Assembly: GCF_009914755.1 (NCBI RefSeq)
Contig: NC_060946.1
Reading direction: 5' to 3' (one strand)
Length of the DNA stretch: 64,000 bases
DNA from: the human T2T-CHM13v2.0 reference genome, Homo sapiens
Part shown: positions 25,986-40,730 of the stretch, piece after piece
Layout: every line of letters starts with the position of its first letter
Numbering within the stretch: position 1 is the first letter of the stretch
The notes under the pieces: model-generated
What the model was told of the DNA's origin: nothing
The model's database searches: none
Seen by the model: the letters and a program-made list of their open reading frames with translations, nothing else
Translations under genes and position numbers: made by a program

Positions 25986-27519
25986 AAATCATTGATTGTA
26001 TGTCTAAAATGATTAAGTTAGTGAATAAAATAGTTTTCTCCCAACTATGCAGCAAATATTTTCACCAGTAAATGGGGAAGTCAGACCTGAGAATCGGGGA
26101 AGGCTGTTTGAGCTAACTCTGTCATGATACATAATCACCTAGTGCCGTCCTTATTTTACACTTGACAGGTTATGTGGCCAAGCAGCTTTCGTGAGTTGCT
26201 GTAAACTCTGTTTCTGGTCTTTCCAAGCAGCAGGCCAGCTTCCCTTTCCCCTCTACCCTCCACAGTGCCTCCCACAGTCTTCTTCACACAATAGATATTC
26301 AGCACTTACCCTTCGAGTGAATGAGGGGATGGATGGCTGGGTCTTTGCACACTTGCGATACCATAGCTTATGAATGAATGGATGAGGCTAATAAAAAAGA
26401 CCATGTTTTGCACTGAAATTGCTTCATGGTCCTTCTGGGTCCAGAGACTCTTTATCTATAGACATTGTGTCTATAAATCCATATCTACCAGGCCAGGCTC
26501 TTGAGTGAATGACTTACCAACATCCCACTGCTGCCCCAAGGATTCTGAAAGACGAAGAGACCATTCAAAATCAAAGGGAAGATTATTTCCCCACTGAGAG
26601 CTGCATACACTGAAAGGTAGGGAGCTGAGGGTGAAAAAACTCACTACTACTAGATCTGGTGTAGTTCAAGTTCATGAATCTCAGCACTGATCTCTCAGCC
26701 TGTTTCTTGCATAAATAAAACAGAGGCACTGGTTTGCATGAGAATCTCATAATGCGCTATGAAATCCATGCCAGAGTCAGGCATCTAATTTAAGAATTAT
26801 TTCTCGATTTTGTGTCTCACATCCTGCTTCTGCCTCTTTCTGCTGATTGGATTCTTCCCTTCCCTTTCCCTAACAAGCTTGTCTCCCCCTCTCCCTGCAC
26901 CTCCTCCTCTGATCTTTCCCTCCTGCCTTCACCTCTTCCTCTCTCCCTAATAAAGTGACCCTGGCCTGGCTAGATATCTGTGAGTTGGCAGAGAGGTCAA
27001 GACAGGTCATATGCCAAATGCCCTCTCCACCAGATCTGGGGCAGGTGGGTTGGGTTTAGAAACACAAGGAAGAGATGTGGGCTCAGCTTGGGTTGGGTCT
27101 CCAGAAGTCTGGGTGCTGGCACAGGCTCTGTGACTGACAAGGAACGAAGCACAATCTGTTGTTTCTGAGCCTTGTCTCCGCCTGAGGACCTCATGCTGGT
27201 CAACCGTGTTTCTCTCTCTTTCCACCGATTCTGGAGACAAGGCTCACAGCTGAGTAGAGAGGAAGCAGAGCAGTAGCAAGGGTGCTGCTGATGCTGCTCA
27301 GATACCTTGCCTGGTTCTGACAAGCGGTTTCCACTCCCCACCCAGTTCTACACGTGTCCCTGCACTGGGGAAGGCTCTCTCTGGGGTCACGGTGGGTGGG
27401 GGACAGCACAGCCAGAGTCCCTGTATTCCGAGGACTTGGGTTCTTACGAAGGGAGACGGATAATAAACACATTAGATAAGTACATGAACAAGTGGATGTC
27501 CAGCATTTACTGCGCTTTG

Positions 27520-28380
27520 GGAAAGATGAAGATGAAGTAATGCCTCAGAGAATGTTCCTGGGGGTAGAGAAGGAGGAGATGCTGAGAAAAGCTCCAAGTC
27601 TCCGGGAGAAGGTGACAGCTGGCCGTGGCCTCAACGAGGAGCGGCCGCATGGAGATCCAGGAGAAAACGTCCCAAACGAAAGAACAAGCGGTTGGTGCCC
27701 TGGATCGAGAGTGAGTCTGTGGGCTCCAGGGCCAAAGATGTGGCCAGCGTGGGTGTGCATTGTGGGTGAGGGGAGATACAGAGGAGGATGGAGCCAGCTG
27801 GGGTCAGGCCTGGATTCATGGGCTACTATAGCTTTTATTCTGAGTGAGGAGGTTTTACGATTAAGGTGTTGTGACCTGGAGAGCCTTATGCTGCTTCCAA
27901 AACTCCCGGGCTGGTGTAGAAAAGCAGAAGAGGAATCAGGTGGCTAGAGAGGGGCTGTCCTGCCAATGTGGGCACAGGGGATGCTGGCTTGGAGGAGGGC
28001 CACAGCTGTGAAGGTGGATAGCGGTGACGGGCTGTGCCAAGGTTTTGTACATGAGCTGCAAAGAAAAACACCATTCAGAGACCACTGACTTCTGGTCTGA
28101 ACATCAGGTGCTGGTCTATAGTTTTCCAAGACAGAGAAAACTAGAGGAGCCACGGATGTACAGGATAAAGTCAACGGCTCTGCTTTTCCAGGAAAGACTG
28201 TGACACATGGAAAACATCCAGGTAGAAGTGTCGTGGGGTAGCTGGATGCACAAGAGTCTGAAGCTCAAAGCCAGGGCTCGGGCTGCAGATAGAAACTTGA
28301 GAGTTCTCAGCACGTAGACGTTCTCTAGAGCTGGGACTAGGCAGGTCACCCAAGGAGGACACACAGCTAGGGACAAAGGA
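27520..28380 (-). mobile_element. L2 remnant
   Basis: catccaggtagaagtgtc...gctggatgcacaagagtctgaagctca...gggctgcagatagaaacttgagagt. Confidence 0.65.
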
Positions 28381-28499
28381 GGGATGAAGGAGGGGCTTGA
28401 AGTGGTTTCCCTGGAGCTGAGATTGCAGAGAGGAGACGGGGCCCACAGAAGAGATGAGGAGGGCTTGTTCCAGACAACATGGTGCCTCTTTATCAAGCA

Positions 28500-31109
<2,610 letters not shown>

Positions 31110-31169
31110 TAGAGTGACACAGAAGAAACAAGATGAGAACAAATTTACATGTAGAAACACTCATCAGGT

Positions 31170-32090
31170 GTGTTCTCAGTGCTTCCTGTAACTCGCTGAA
31201 ACTTCACAGGATCCCATGAGATGAGAAATGCTATTTTATTTGGCAGAGGATGACCCTAAAATGTAGAGAGATTAAATAATGTTCCCACAGTCACACAGTT
31301 GATAAGCCCTGCTTTCATGGGCAGCACAGCGTAGTTGTGGAAGGAAACATTAAATAGTCCACCAAGTGACGTGTAAATGGTAAGTGCAAGACAGTAAGAT
31401 TCCTGAGGGCAGGAACTCAGTGCATTTGTTCGCTGTTGTATACTGAGCACTTAAGAAAAGGCCTGGCATGGGGCAGGTGCCAGGAAAAGAAGCAGGAGCC
31501 AGCAATCTATGGGGAACAGGCTATCAGTTGAGGAGCGGAGTCAGGCATGTTTTGGCAAATGACATTTAAGCAGACATTGGAGTGATGAGTAGCAGTTGGC
31601 TAGATCAGATCCTCATTCCAAACATTCCAATGGGATTCTATCTCCCTTGGAATGAATCCAAGGTCCTTATCCTACAAGGCTTCTGGGACCTGGCTCCTGG
31701 CCATCTCTCTGCCCTCATCTCCTCCTGCCTTCTTCTCTTCCTGTAGGCTCCCTTCCTTGAACATCCCAAGCCCACGCCCATCTCAGGACATGTGCACCAG
31801 CTGTTCCTGTAGCCTGAAATCTCCTCCCTCAAACACACAGGACTCAACTCACTCCCACAGCTCCCTGCTCAAGTGTCGCCTTAAGAGAGGCCATCCCCAC
31901 CCACCCACATAAAATCATGTCCCACCTGTGTCGTTCCACTTCCCTGACCCTGCCTTATTTTCCACTGTGCTTCTTCCCACCATCTGGAAGATATGTTTGC
32001 TCTCTGCCTCCTGACGCCGAAAAAGTTGTGTACACAGGGACATTTCTCTTTGGTTTGTCTAATGCTGCATCTTCATTCCCCAGAAGGGGG
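31170..32090. mobile_element. MIR (-, about 31170-31320) and L2 (+, about 31380-32090) fragments
   Basis: gagattaaataatgttcccacagtcacacag; gtaagattcctgagggcaggaact; ctgttcctgtagcctgaaat...ctcaagtgtcgcctt. Confidence 0.6.
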
Positions 32091-32402
32091 ACAGGGGTGT
32101 GTGTGTGTGTGTAATGGTTGAAGAGAAGTGGAAACTGGGCATCAGTGCATGGATGTGCACTGACTCTGTGGCTCTGCCACTGCACGGGGAAATGTGGTTG
32201 GTGAGGTGAGGCAGTGAGGAGATGAACCCATGCCAGTCACAGTGTGAACTGAGAGCCCACATTTCATGAAAGCAGGGACCTGGGGAAAGAGAAACTACTT
32301 CCCATGGCCAAGGGAGATGCCAGGATCAGAGTCTTTGTGAAGACAAAATGGAAGTCTTCCTGGAGAAATCAAAACCTAGGCCTGCGCCTCCCCTGTGTGA
32401 AT

Positions 32403-32422
32403 CTGTTGCCCCCTTGTGGCTG
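32403..32422 (-). promoter_or_regulatory. CTCF core motif
   Basis: Minus strand reads cagCCACAAGGGGGCAacag, fitting CCASnAGRKGGCR. Confidence 0.5.
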
Positions 32423-32539
32423 GGGATTACCTAAGCCAAAGAAATTTTCTTCTAGGTTCATGTGACCCCGAGATTGGCTGGGAGAAGTAAATGTAGAGCA
32501 GAGCTAGAAGAGAAAAGCCTTAATCAAATTATTGCATAT

Positions 32540-33835
32540 TCTCACTGAAGATGAGCTCATAATCCCAAATTACAAAACATACGATGAGTGAGAGAAAACA
32601 GACAGTGTGAGCAGCCAGGTTTGATCAATCTGAACTAGAGTATAAAGAAGTATAATTACACAAATTAAGGGCATAAAAGTATAAAGTAGGAAACAGTAAG
32701 TAGAATTGCAATAGGGCCAAATAGAACTTCTAGAGGTAAAAATTACACACATACAGAATCTAAGGCCCTTGGTCATGTTGAACAGCAGATTAGATATAGC
32801 TGAAAGGAAAGAATTAATAAGGTGAAAGATAAAACCAAGGAAATTAACCAGGATGCAGCACAGAGAGATAAAGCTTTTGCCTGCAAATGTCTTTATTTTG
32901 TCCTCACTGTTGAATTATCGTTTAGATAGCTGGAAAGAGACTTGTATGTTTACTGTTATCTTCCCTTGGCACATTCAATATATTATAGACTTTATTCCAT
33001 TATTGTATGACCTTCATTTACTTATCATTTACGAACATTTGTTGTAAACCTACAGTAATTAGGAGAGTATGATATCAATGCAGGGATAGACGAATGGGTA
33101 AATGGAACAAGGAAGGAGCCCAGAAGTAGATCCACGTATACATTGGTATAAAACAGAGTCAGCCTTACAATTCAGTAGGCAAAGAGTGAGCTATTCGCTA
33201 GTGTTGGGACGTAGGTTTTCCATATGAAATAAAAATACAATAGAGCTATAACCCACATCACACATACACTCCAGGTTGATTAAAGAACTGAACAACTAAA
33301 GCAGAACCCTAAACCTTTCAAAACTCAATAGAATATCTGTGTGGCCTCTGGTTAGAAAATAATATCTTAAATAAGACACATGATGTGCATATGCGATAAA
33401 GAAAAATTAAAGTATCAAAACTTGCATCCAGACATCTAAATCTCAAAAACATAATATGGATCAGGAACATGAATTTCAAAGTATACATAAAATACAACAT
33501 AAGATATAAATGACTTTTAAAATTTAAAAACATGTGGAGCAACGAAATCTGTAGGTTCTGGATAAACATACATGTAAGAATGTTACACGCCCACGAAATT
33601 AACAATGCTGAATTCAGGATACCGGTTGCTGCTTCTGGAACTGGGGCACAGAGGCAGGTTTTGGGCTAGAAACAAGTGAATGAGGTACTTCAACCCTAAC
33701 CCTTAACGTTTTATTTTTAAAAGAAAGTCATCCAAACCAAATACAGCAAAATACTGTGTTTTGAGAAATTCAAGTGGCAGGTATGAAATTATTCATGATT
33801 CCCTATATGGCTGCCTGAAATATTACACAGAAATA
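32540..33835 (+). mobile_element. Old L1M fragments (mostly +)
   Basis: aacagcagattagatatagctgaa, gagcccagaagtagatccacgtata. Confidence 0.6.
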
Positions 33836-35393
33836 AAGGAAGAAAATGTTAAATATGTACATAAGGGTGCTGGAATTATTAACTGCGGATCTGAAGGTAC
33901 CTGGAATCACCCTGGTGTGACTATTCCTTATTGTTTCTCTCCTCTAGAGAGTCTCTAAGTGAGTTGACCTTTTTTTTTAATTAGTCAACTTCAAGGTGAC
34001 AATCTGTTGCTTTCAACCAAGCGAGTGCTGACTGATGGAGAATCCTGCTGCTGCATCCTGCACAGGCGCTCCTGGCACAGTAAATCACCGACCTGATTTC
34101 TGGGCAAAACTCAGCACATTGGACTCCTTGTCTTACTGGATCGTGGACATTCTCAACAACCCCTGCGAGCCAGGGGATCACGCGGAATCTCAGCAGTTCT
34201 CTGGGATCCACTGCTCCTTCCTCACTCTCATCCAAGGGGCTTTGCCAGCACTGAGCAAGTGACACCCAGGGCGCCGCATGGCCGCTCCTCCCCCTCCGCT
34301 CCTGCCTCTAATCTCCTCCTGCGGAACGGGTGGGAGCTCTGGGCACTTACACTTATTTATGGTCATGTACTGCTGGAACTTAATGATACATAAATCTCAA
34401 ATTATGAAGTCACAGCTCTCCATATTCCTGGCTCAAAATGATCCTCAGGATAAAATTACCAGGGAAGCAAACAGGAGGGCACCGTCTAGTGTTGAGGATT
34501 GCTCTGGATAGCTGGGGGAAACAAGTCTTTCCCAGGCAGCACATGATTCAAATGCCAGAGGATTTGCTCATTCTTGAATAAATGAATGAATGTGTGAAAG
34601 AAGACATCTGCAAAAATACATGTTCTTATTATTCATGTTTACAGAAGAAGGAGGCTCAGAGACACAATGTTGACAGGGCCGAGGCCTGGCACTACGGAAT
34701 TACTGACGGACAGATCAATCACTTCTCTCTGAGGATACAGCCTGGGGAGCATTAGGATCAGCTTACTCAGGGCACCTCACCCTTTCTTGCTACCAGCTCT
34801 AGAGTCTTGTAGATGATCTTGAGAATCTCCCTAGGGTTTCTTGCCCCCACCTAATTTCCCTAAACCCTTCCTCCTCCTGACTTCCTTTTCTTCTCCATCA
34901 AGTCCTCAGCCTAGGTTCATTTTTCCTCTATAGACGCTGGTTTCTCCTTGCTCTGACCTCGTGGCATTTCCTTTGCCTTTCCTTCCTCGTCCTGGCTGAG
35001 ATCCAGCTTTGTGTCCTTCATCCTTTCTCCCCTGCCCCTTTCTGCCTCCCCAGCTTCTCACGGTGGACAGAGACATTCCGAGATCCTTTGCTCGGTTTTC
35101 TCTTTCAGGCTGGAGTGCAGCAGGCTGGGCATGGCTGCCTTCCTTCCTCACATCCCCATGCTCTGGAAAGCCCTCAGAGGACCTGGGTCTCACCTCCACA
35201 GTCCCGTGGCTCCCTGCCCCTGCAGGCTGGACTCGCCCCTGGGCTTGGACCACCTCCAGCCAGACTCCAGTGGTGTGATGGAGAGGGCTCAGGATAGGGG
35301 GTTCTGCGAACTGACTCATCACCCCCAAGCAAGTGATAACCTCACTAAGGCTCAGTCCTAATAATCCTGCTATATTAACAACCTCTATACTTT

Positions 35394-35832
35394 TGAAACT
35401 GACCCCTAGTCCCATAAACAGTTTTTTGTTTTTGTTTTGATAAACATAGAAATGGATGCTTCTGGTCTTAAAGCTTGAAACTTGTATTTGTTTTATGAGT
35501 TCCTTTTTCAGGAAAGGGCCCCCAGGCCTCTCAAAAGCATCAAAGAACTGAAACTCACTAGATCATCTCATCCAGACAGTGAGATGTCAGACCCTTCATT
35601 CACCCTGATTGCTTCCTTACCCCTCTGGGCTCCTCTTTTCCCATACATTGTTACATTTCTTCCCTGCTATATAAACCCCTAATTTTAGCTGGTCATTGAG
35701 ATGGATTTGAGAATCTCCTGGGCTGCAGCACCAATAAAGCTTTCTTCCTTGGTGATACTCTTTGTCTCAGGGACTGGCTTTCTGTGCAGTGAGCAGCAGG
35801 ACCCAGAAGGAACCCATGATGTTTCGGTAACA
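35394..35832 (+). mobile_element. ERV1 (MER4-group) solo LTR with intact TATA and poly(A) signal
   Basis: TG...CA termini (tgaaactgacc / tttcggtaaca); tatataaa 35668, aataaa 35733. Confidence 0.8.
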
Positions 35833-36081
35833 CCTGTTGTCAACTTGTCTCTAAAGTGTCATGTAGTGAGACCCCGTCTCAGAAATACACTAGGGACTCA
35901 GAGTGTTGCCATGTCCTCGGTAGCTTTTGGGATTAGTCTTCATTTCATTCACATATTAAAGGCTGTGGTTTTTGTGTTATTGCCTTGACAGCCAGTGCCT
36001 GGTTCCCTTCCCTGAGTCTTTTTCCTGTCTGGGTTTCCTCTTCCTCACCCTTCTGTTGTAGAACTCACCTTTGCCTTTACC

Positions 36082-36518
36082 CTGTTAAAGAAAACCAGAG
36101 CTGGGCAGTAGTTAAAAGCGGCAAAATATATTTTACTCACGACAATTGCAGCAGGGGAAAGAGACTTTGGCATAGAACTGGCTCAAGTCCAAACATAGCA
36201 TGACAACCGGGGATTCACAGCCAGGGAGGAGGGTGGGGTCAGGGGATGGGAAGTCACTGAGAAGACATCAGGGTGAGGGGGAGTCTGGCTAAATGGACCT
36301 AATAGGATTCTTGCTGAAGACAGACCAAGGTGACCGACATCACCTGGGGGATGGTGGAGAACAGGAATTTGGTCAGATATTGGAGGTGATCAGTTATGGA
36401 GCTGGGGATTTTTGGCTAAACCGACTTGACGGAGTTTTGCTAAAACTGAGCGATGCAAAGATGAGCAGAGACACCCTCAAGGGTGGCCGAGTCTAGAAGA
36501 GGCTCAGAGGAGCCTGAC
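36082..36518 (-). mobile_element. MER31-like ERV1 LTR
   Basis: tctagaagaggctcagaggagcctgac; ggattcttgctgaagacag; ttttgctaaaactg. Confidence 0.7.
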
Positions 36519-37919
36519 AGCAGGCAGCCCCTTTCTCTGTTCTAGAATTGAGAGCCCTTTCTCTCCTTTGCAACCGACATGCCACATCTTTGTGTCCCAG
36601 GGCCCCAAGGGACCAGCCTGTGGCCTCGGGCTGTCTGAGGACCTCCCCACCCAGGCTTCTGTGAGTTTTCTGTGACTTCCCTTCCTGGCGTTTCTCTCCT
36701 CGGCCTCAGCGCTGCAGCAGACATGGTTCTTGGGTCCAGTCACATTAGTGATGAATGACCCTCTCCAGCCTCCACTGCCTGGCGAGGTGGAGCCCATGAT
36801 CAAAGTTGCCCTGAAGGTGGAGCCCTGCAGCGGCAGCTGGGCGAGGCCCGGGGCATGTGCTCAGGAACTGCATCAGGAGGGGCCTCTTCTTTCTCCCCGC
36901 CTTCTGTGCCACCAGCTCTGTCCCTCTATGGGGCAGCCGACTCACACCCATAGAGTGGGCTAGGCATGTCTTTGCCAGTGCCATGAGCTCCCTGCCCCTT
37001 CTGCATGAGACTCTGTGGGGTGCAGGCAGCAGCTCAGTCATCCTCTCTACAGATGAAGAGAAACCCGGGATGCCCCATGGCCACACACCACACCAGAGGC
37101 CCAGCAGGAAAAAACTGGGCCTCCTGATTCCTGCCTTTCTTCATTCCATCACACGCAAACTGCTGGAGCGTGGTGCTCAGGAAGAGCCATCGGGTCCCTG
37201 AGCTGGTCCATGTCACTCCAAAGTGAGGGGCTCCTGCAAACATGGCGTGTAAGGAGCGGGTGTTTAAAAAATGGGCACTTGCAATGAATTTGGGGTCAGC
37301 TCTACTTGCAGTCCCAGTCAGAACTATCCCTCCCCACCTGCCAGCCACCACCCCACACCCCACCACCCAACAGCCCACCATACATACTCCTGAGACAGAC
37401 ATTTTAATATATTTTTTCTACTCTCTACCTTGGCTCCTGGTCTCTGGACGCTCCAGGGCTCTCCCAGCATAGCGCCAGGGCCTTCTTTAATTAGGAGCGG
37501 CTTCTCTGTGGTTCTATAAAGGTCCAGCAGCCCAGGGGTTTATATAAGATCAGGAATGGCCATCAGTGATGTTGATTTCAAGAACATTGGGGCTACTGTG
37601 AGACAGACCGAGGAGCTCAGCATCACTGGCATACACATTGGTCACAGGCACATACAACAGGCCACAGGTACACACACCAGGCTACCAGCACACATGCCAA
37701 GACACAAGCAGGAATGGTCAGGAGGGGTTGAGCCCCAGGACGAGCTGGATAGGTTCTTCCTTTCCCCAAAAGAACAGATAAAAGTAGCAGGACTTGTGCT
37801 CCAGGATCTGACTCTGGTCACCGCAGGCCTTTGCTCCTACCTCCAGCCTCCAAGGCAGGGGCCAGTCACCAGCAAACCCATTATTTTCAAGAGCATGTGA
37901 ATGCATCTTCCAGCTTCAA

Positions 37920-38045
37920 ATTCTTAATAATCATTTAGACTATGGAAGGTGACATTGGTATTCCCATTGTACAGATGAGGAAGCTGACAGCTCAGGAAGG
38001 CCAGTGATTGACATGAATTTACACAGCCCTCCTGTAGGGCCAGGT
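37920..38045 (-). mobile_element. MIR fragment
   Basis: cccattgtacagatgaggaagctgacagctcag. Confidence 0.75.
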
Positions 38046-38136
38046 TTCGGGCCCTCTCCTGTCTGTTCCAGTGTCCTCTTTTAATTCTCTCCTTTGCAGA
38101 GAACCTACCACAATCCCTGCCCAGGGAAATCCGCTG

Positions 38137-38270
38137 CCGGCCACATTGAGGCACCCCTGGAGGAGGACGGGGAGGCAGGGAGAAGCAGAGTCTCAGCCCC
38201 GGCCACACTGCTGTCTGAGGCACCCCTGGAGGAGTACAGGGAGGCAGGGAGAAGCAGAGTCTCAGTCCCC
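38137..38270. repeat. About 69-bp tandem duplication, 2 copies
   Basis: tgaggcacccctggaggag...ggagaagcagagtctcag at 38147 and 38216. Confidence 0.9.
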
Positions 38271-39434
38271 AGTACCCCAAGTGAGGACCAGGGTGTGGAG
38301 ACCAGCAGCTCCCCTGGGATCAAAGGCATGTCCTATTCCTGGGGGCCGTGCAGAGCCCTGACGACGTGCATGAGTAAAGGCTCACAGTGCCTCATCCGCC
38401 TGAAGGATGCTCTGGGGAGACAGCAGCTCATCTCCAAGTGGGTCAGAGCAAGTTCTGGAGACTTCCTCTCTCTCTTTTGCTCTCAAACAGGCAGCACATA
38501 AATTGAGCTCCCGGTGACCTCCAGGAGAGAGAGATCACCAGGGAGAGAATTGCTGGTGCACCCGCGGGTTGCTGGCAGTGAGAAGCACGGAGCGCGGCAG
38601 GGAGAGGGACCGGCATGAGGACTCCTTGGAGCCCTTAAGAAAGGTGCTGCTTCCTTTACCTTTCAAGTTCATAAAGTTTTGTTCTTCTAAGTTGTGAGAG
38701 AAAGGAATTTGTGATTTATTTGAGAAGGTTTTCTGAAAAATCTTTTTCACAGTTAGCCAAGAGCTGACCTGTTGGGAAGATAGATGAACAGCTCGAGTCA
38801 TAAAGATTCCTAAGTGACGTTTCTGTGCAGGTTATTTTCAGGGGGGTCATTGCCACGGAATTGCAACTGCAGACCCGTACTTGGCACCTGGCTCTGTTAG
38901 GAAAGAAAAACAGGTGTGGAAGATCCAGCCCAGGGGCCATGTGCAATGAAGATTTTCATTTCTCCCGGTCCCTGGGAGATAGACACATTCATCTGACCTC
39001 TCAAACTCATAACTGGCCCCAACCTCCTGTGCAGGAGGGACAGGGCATAAGGTCAACGTTAGAAGACTAAGCACAGTCAGCACAGTCCTCCTCTACCGAG
39101 GCTGGGCAGCTAGGATGGACCCCACATCCCTCAGATCTGTGGTTCAGATCCTTGGTCCCCCAGATGCTCCCCAAGGGCCGGGCTCCGAGTCTGGTATTTT
39201 CCTTCTGAGATCTGGGCACAACCACTCAGGCCAGAAGGGTGCTATGGGACTTACAGGGGGTGGGGAGGAAGCTAAGGAATTGAATCTCACCCGCTTTCTT
39301 ACTGCACTTATGTTCCACATCTGAAGATGGGCGTGTGCTGACTACGTTGCCTTGTTCGTAGTGGATTCATTTGCTCTAAGGTGTCACTGATTGTCATTGA
39401 TTACTTATGTACCATAAGACAGGAAAAATGAAAT

Positions 39435-40024
39435 TGTCAACGTGGATCAAAGCAAATGACCTAGGCAAATCTCAATCATTTTAGGTTTATTTGCCAAAAT
39501 TAAGGACGCGCATCCAAGAGACAGATGTATGCCTTTCTCTGAAGATGATTTTGAGGGCTTTAATATTTAAAGGGGAAAGGGCAGGATACTGAAAAATACA
39601 TAATTTCATGTGCCGGGAGGGTAGGAGAAACAGCCATTCATGCCTTTGTCTGCGTCAGGCAATCTGCATTTTTACATAAGGTAATGTAGACAAGAGGGCA
39701 GAGGAAGCAATGAAATATGCATTTGTCTCAGGTGAGCAGGGGGATGACTCTGAGTTCTGGCCTGTGTTCCTGTGTCTGGGAAGATAAGCGATCAATTTAC
39801 GTTGCAGGATGCACTTCAGCAGAACTGTTTTAGGGTGATGATCTTGGGGGCCACCAGGAATTTCCTTCTGGGCAAAATGTGAGGGAGGTATGTAGCTTTT
39901 CATCTTTGTAGCCGTCTTTTTCAGGAGTAAAGATGGGAGACAGGTTTGTGTGGTCCAGTTCCCAGCTCGACTTTTCCCTTTGGCTGAGTGAGTTCGGGGT
40001 CCCCAGATCTATTTTCCTTTCACG
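39435..40024 (-). mobile_element. MER4-family ERV1 solo LTR
   Basis: Minus strand starts gtgaaaggaaaatagatctggggacccc...gccaaagggaaaagtcgagctgggaactg. Confidence 0.8.
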
Positions 40025-40160
40025 CCCAATTAAATTTATCTATGCATTGCTCTCCCATAACTTGGAATTAGTATATTAGTATATATCACATACTTTAAAC
40101 CTATATCACTTTTGTGGGTACATAAGGAAAACAGAAGTGGAATAAATTTGGTAATGTATT

Positions 40161-40730
40161 TGTGTTCATTTCTTATCAATGTGGTAACAAATTGTCACTA
40201 ATTTCGTGACTTAACACAACACACATTTATTATTAGGTTGGTGCAAAAGTAATTGCAGTTTCTGCCATTAAAAGGGCAACAACCACAATTGTGTTTGCAC
40301 CACCATAGTATCTTGTGGTTCTGTATGTCAGACTTCTGACATGGGCATCACCGGATGACAGTCTTGGTGTCACAGGGCTGATTCCTTCTGGAGGCTCCAG
40401 GGGAAATCCATTTCCTTGCCTTCTTCAGCTTCTAGGCTGCCTGTGTTCCTCGGCTGAAGGATCCTTGCTTCCCTTTCAAAGCCAACAGACACCTACCATC
40501 TTGAAATCTCTCTGACCTGAACTCTTCTGCCTCCCTTTTCTACTTTTAAAGAGCCTTTGATTACACCGGCCCCACCTGGATCATCCAGGCCACTCTCCCT
40601 ATGCTAAGGTCAACTGAGGAGCAACCTTAATTCCTTCTGCAACCTTAATGCCTCCTTGCTGTGTAACAGCATTCACAGCTTCTGGGATTAGGTCATGGAC
40701 ATTTTCAGGGGCCATTATTCTGCCTACCAA
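40161..40730 (-). mobile_element. MLT1D-like MaLR LTR interrupted by MADE1
   Basis: ttccttctggaggctccaggggaaatcc...gggattaggtcatggacatt...gccattattctgcctacca. Confidence 0.8.
40233..40308. mobile_element. MADE1 (Hsmar1-derived MITE)
   Basis: ttaggttggtgcaaaagtaattgcag ... caattgtgtttgcacca, flanked by TA. Confidence 0.85.

Noticed and set aside
34265-34335. Possible CpG island or promoter
   Set aside because: Only about 70 bp with a handful of CpGs, far below island size
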